8,602 nt of DNA from an archaeon (lineage in GTDB: Archaea > Iainarchaeota > Iainarchaeia > Iainarchaeales > CSSED10-239), in the NCBI GenBank assembly GCA_035390665.1, contig DAOOUC010000019.1, positions 1 through 8,602 of the forward strand. The letters run 5' to 3'. This document shows, in pieces, positions 7,026 to 8,602 of the stretch; positions within the stretch are counted from its first letter, which is position 1, and every line of letters begins with the position of its first letter. The notes beneath the pieces are model-generated. The model did not search any database, had not been told where the DNA came from, and saw nothing but the letters and a program-made list of their open reading frames with translations. Position numbers and translations under genes: made by a program.

Positions 7026-7916
7026 ATGAGTTTAAAAGAACAATTTGAAAATTTAAAAAACAATTGGCTAATTTTTGTTTTAGCTATTGTTGTTATAGGG
7101 GCAATGGTTTTGTTACCAAATATTGGTAGTGGAGTAAGCTATAAAACAAATTATGCAGCAGACAGCTATTCTTTAGGTTATGGGGCAAGTTACGAAAGCT
7201 ATTCTAAAGCACTTTACAATAATTCAACAAATTTCTCACCAGAGGTATTAAACAGAAAAATAGTAAAAACATCTAATCTTGGAATAGAAACAAAGATTGG
7301 AAAATTCAAACAAACGGATTTACAATTAAGAGATATAGTTAAAGGAACAGAGTCAATTATCTTAACAGAAAATATTTATTCTAGTAAAGTTGATTCAAAG
7401 GAAATATTTACAGGAAATTATACAATTAAAGTACATGTAGATAAATTAGATTTAGTAACCAATCAACTAAAAACTTTAGGAAAGGTAACAAATTTTAATC
7501 AAGGAGCAGATGATGTTACTGGGGAATATACAAATGTTAATATAGAGTTACAAGTTGAGAAAGAAAGACTAGAAAGATATCAAGACATGTATGCAGATGC
7601 AGAAGATATTAAAGACAAAATAGAATTAAACGACAGAATATTTAATCAAGAAAGAACAATTAAATACTTAGAAGACGCAGTTAAAGATGTTGATCAAAGA
7701 GTGGATTATTCTACAATTTATTTAACAGTTAATGAAAGATCAGATTATTTAGGTATTGCTTTTGTTAAGTTATCTGATTTATTAAGATCCTTTATGGGAA
7801 GTTTAAACTCCTTGATAAGATTAATTGTGTTAATTCTTCCTTGGGCAATAATTGCTGGATTTATCTATGCAATTGCAAGATTAACCAAAAAACCAGAAAT
7901 CAAGAAAAAAAGATAA
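7026..7916 (+). CDS. DUF4349 domain-containing membrane protein
   Basis: N-terminal TM helix 'WLIFVLAIVVIGAMVLLP'. The central 'RKIVKTSNLGIETKIGKF....' through 'GKVTNFNQGADDVTGEYTNVNIELQVEKERLERYQDMY....' and 'VDYSTIYLTVNE' match DUF4349. C-terminal TM helix 'LIRLIVLILPWAIIAGFIYAI'. A GGAGG Shine-Dalgarno (7013-7017) overlaps the track's TTG-start extension and favours ATG 7026. Confidence 0.88.
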   Translation: MSLKEQFENLKNNWLIFVLAIVVIGAMVLLPNIGSGVSYKTNYAADSYSLGYGASYESYSKALYNNSTNFSPEVLNRKIVKTSNLGIETKIGKFKQTDLQLRDIVKGTESIILTENIYSSKVDSKEIFTGNYTIKVHVDKLDLVTNQLKTLGKVTNFNQGADDVTGEYTNVNIELQVEKERLERYQDMYADAEDIKDKIELNDRIFNQERTIKYLEDAVKDVDQRVDYSTIYLTVNERSDYLGIAFVKLSDLLRSFMGSLNSLIRLIVLILPWAIIAGFIYAIARLTKKPEIKKKR

Positions 7917-7949
7917 TTTTCTTTTTTCTTTTTCTATTTTTATTTTTAG
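7917..7949 (+). terminator. Candidate archaeal oligo-T termination region
   Basis: Very T-rich tract (ttttcttttttctttttctatttttattttta) begins directly after the DUF4349 stop codon. Confidence 0.45.
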
Positions 7950-7951
7950 CT

Positions 7952-8013
7952 AATTCGCACAAAAATATAAGCAAAAAGTCAGATAATTTGACCGCTTTTT
8001 AGTGCAAATTATC
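7952..8013. repeat. Overlapping inverted repeats in the intergenic region
   Basis: AATTCGCAC (7952-7960) with GTGCAAATT (8002-8010), one mismatch. AAAAA+GTCA (7973-7981) with TGAC...TTTTT (7989-8000). GATAATTTG (7982-7990) with CAAATTATC (8005-8013), a perfect 9 bp. Confidence 0.55.
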
Positions 8014-8058
8014 CAAATTTAACGATTTCTTTAAAAATATTTCTTAACTTAATTATAT

Positions 8059-8078
8059 TGTAAACAGATGTGTTTACA
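8059..8078. promoter_or_regulatory. Candidate palindromic operator of the toxin-antitoxin operon
   Basis: TGTAAACA-gatg-TGTTTACA, a perfect 8-bp inverted repeat just upstream of the RHH antitoxin start. It sits between an AT-rich TATA-like stretch and an AAGGTGA ribosome binding site. Confidence 0.65.
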
Positions 8079-8095
8079 GAAAAGGTGAAATAAAT

Positions 8096-8311
8096 ATGTT
8101 ATCAGTACAATTAAGAGTTCCAGAACAAATGATTGAAGCAATAGATAAAGAAATTAGTTCTGGCAAATTCAAAAGTAGAAGTGAAGCAATAAAGCTAATT
8201 ATTTATGAATATCAAGAAAAACAAAAGACAAGAGAATTCTATAGAGAATTAGATAAAAGAAGTATAGAATCAAAAAACAAATCTAATTTGATTGCTTTAA
8301 AGGACTTATAG
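8096..8311 (+). CDS. Ribbon-helix-helix antitoxin/regulator
   Basis: 'MLSVQLRVPEQMIEAIDKEISSGKFKSRSEAIKLIIYEYQE' is a classic RHH N-terminus. It is followed by a charged tail and, 3 nt later, by a RelE-like toxin. Confidence 0.87.
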   Translation: MLSVQLRVPEQMIEAIDKEISSGKFKSRSEAIKLIIYEYQEKQKTREFYRELDKRSIESKNKSNLIALKDL

Positions 8312-8314
8312 ATT

Positions 8315-8584
8315 ATGGCAAAATATTCTGTTTCTATTCATAAAAAAGCAAAAGAAGAATATTATTCATTAGATAAAACCATACAGAAAAGAATAAAAGA
8401 AAAGATATCTGAATTACAAGAATTTCCAGAAAGAGGAGTTCATCTAATTCATTCTAATTTTTGGAAATTAAGGGTTGGCGATTATAGAGTTATTTATGAA
8501 ATTAATAATTCTGATAAGATAGTGGTTGTATTATACATGGGTCATAGAAGAAATGTATATGATAAATTCTCTAAAATGTTTTAG
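8315..8584 (+). CDS. RelE/ParE superfamily toxin
   Basis: 'YSVSIHKKAKEEYYSLDKTIQKRIKEKISELQEFPERGVHLIHSNFWKLRVGDYRVIYEINNSDKIVVVLYMGHRRNVYDKF' carries the RelE core pattern (W+LRVGDYRVIYEI....+.+..GHR.NVY). Confidence 0.93.
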   Translation: MAKYSVSIHKKAKEEYYSLDKTIQKRIKEKISELQEFPERGVHLIHSNFWKLRVGDYRVIYEINNSDKIVVVLYMGHRRNVYDKFSKMF

Positions 8585-8602
8585 TGTGTTTATCCTTTTT
8601 TT

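Noticed and set aside
7952-8078. Considered as CRISPR-like or mobile-element terminal repeats
   Set aside because: There are only isolated inverted repeats. I saw no regularly spaced direct repeats, transposase gene or target-site duplication.
1-8602. Multi-gene defence or secretion system
   Set aside because: Apart from the type II toxin-antitoxin pair, the genes are housekeeping or general-family proteins. No nuclease/ATPase/methyltransferase cluster is present.

Overview
AT-rich archaeal window, probably from a DPANN-like lineage. This rests on an archaeal histone, a prefoldin beta-like 3' end, an archaeal-type CMP kinase-like protein and TATA-like promoter stretches. Gene order: 3' end of a prefoldin beta-like gene (+); small DUF1699-like/HTH protein (-); Kef-type antiporter with TrkA-N domain (+); CMP kinase-like P-loop kinase (+); PHP-domain phosphoesterase and archaeal histone in one minus-strand operon; winged-helix-like protein of unknown function (+); tRNA-Gly(CCC) flanked by unexplained structured, relatively GC-rich DNA; coupled DUF1653 and DUF1015 genes (+); DUF4349-like membrane protein (+); RHH antitoxin and RelE/ParE-like toxin pair (+) with a perfect 20-bp palindromic candidate operator. 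I see no CRISPR array, transposon, phage module or multi-gene defence system. The items most worth a second look are the structured DNA around tRNA-Gly, the competing hairpins upstream of the toxin-antitoxin pair, the uncharacterised protein divergent from the histone, and the DUF1653-DUF1015 pair. All family calls come from recognising motifs by eye. No database search or folding program was run.
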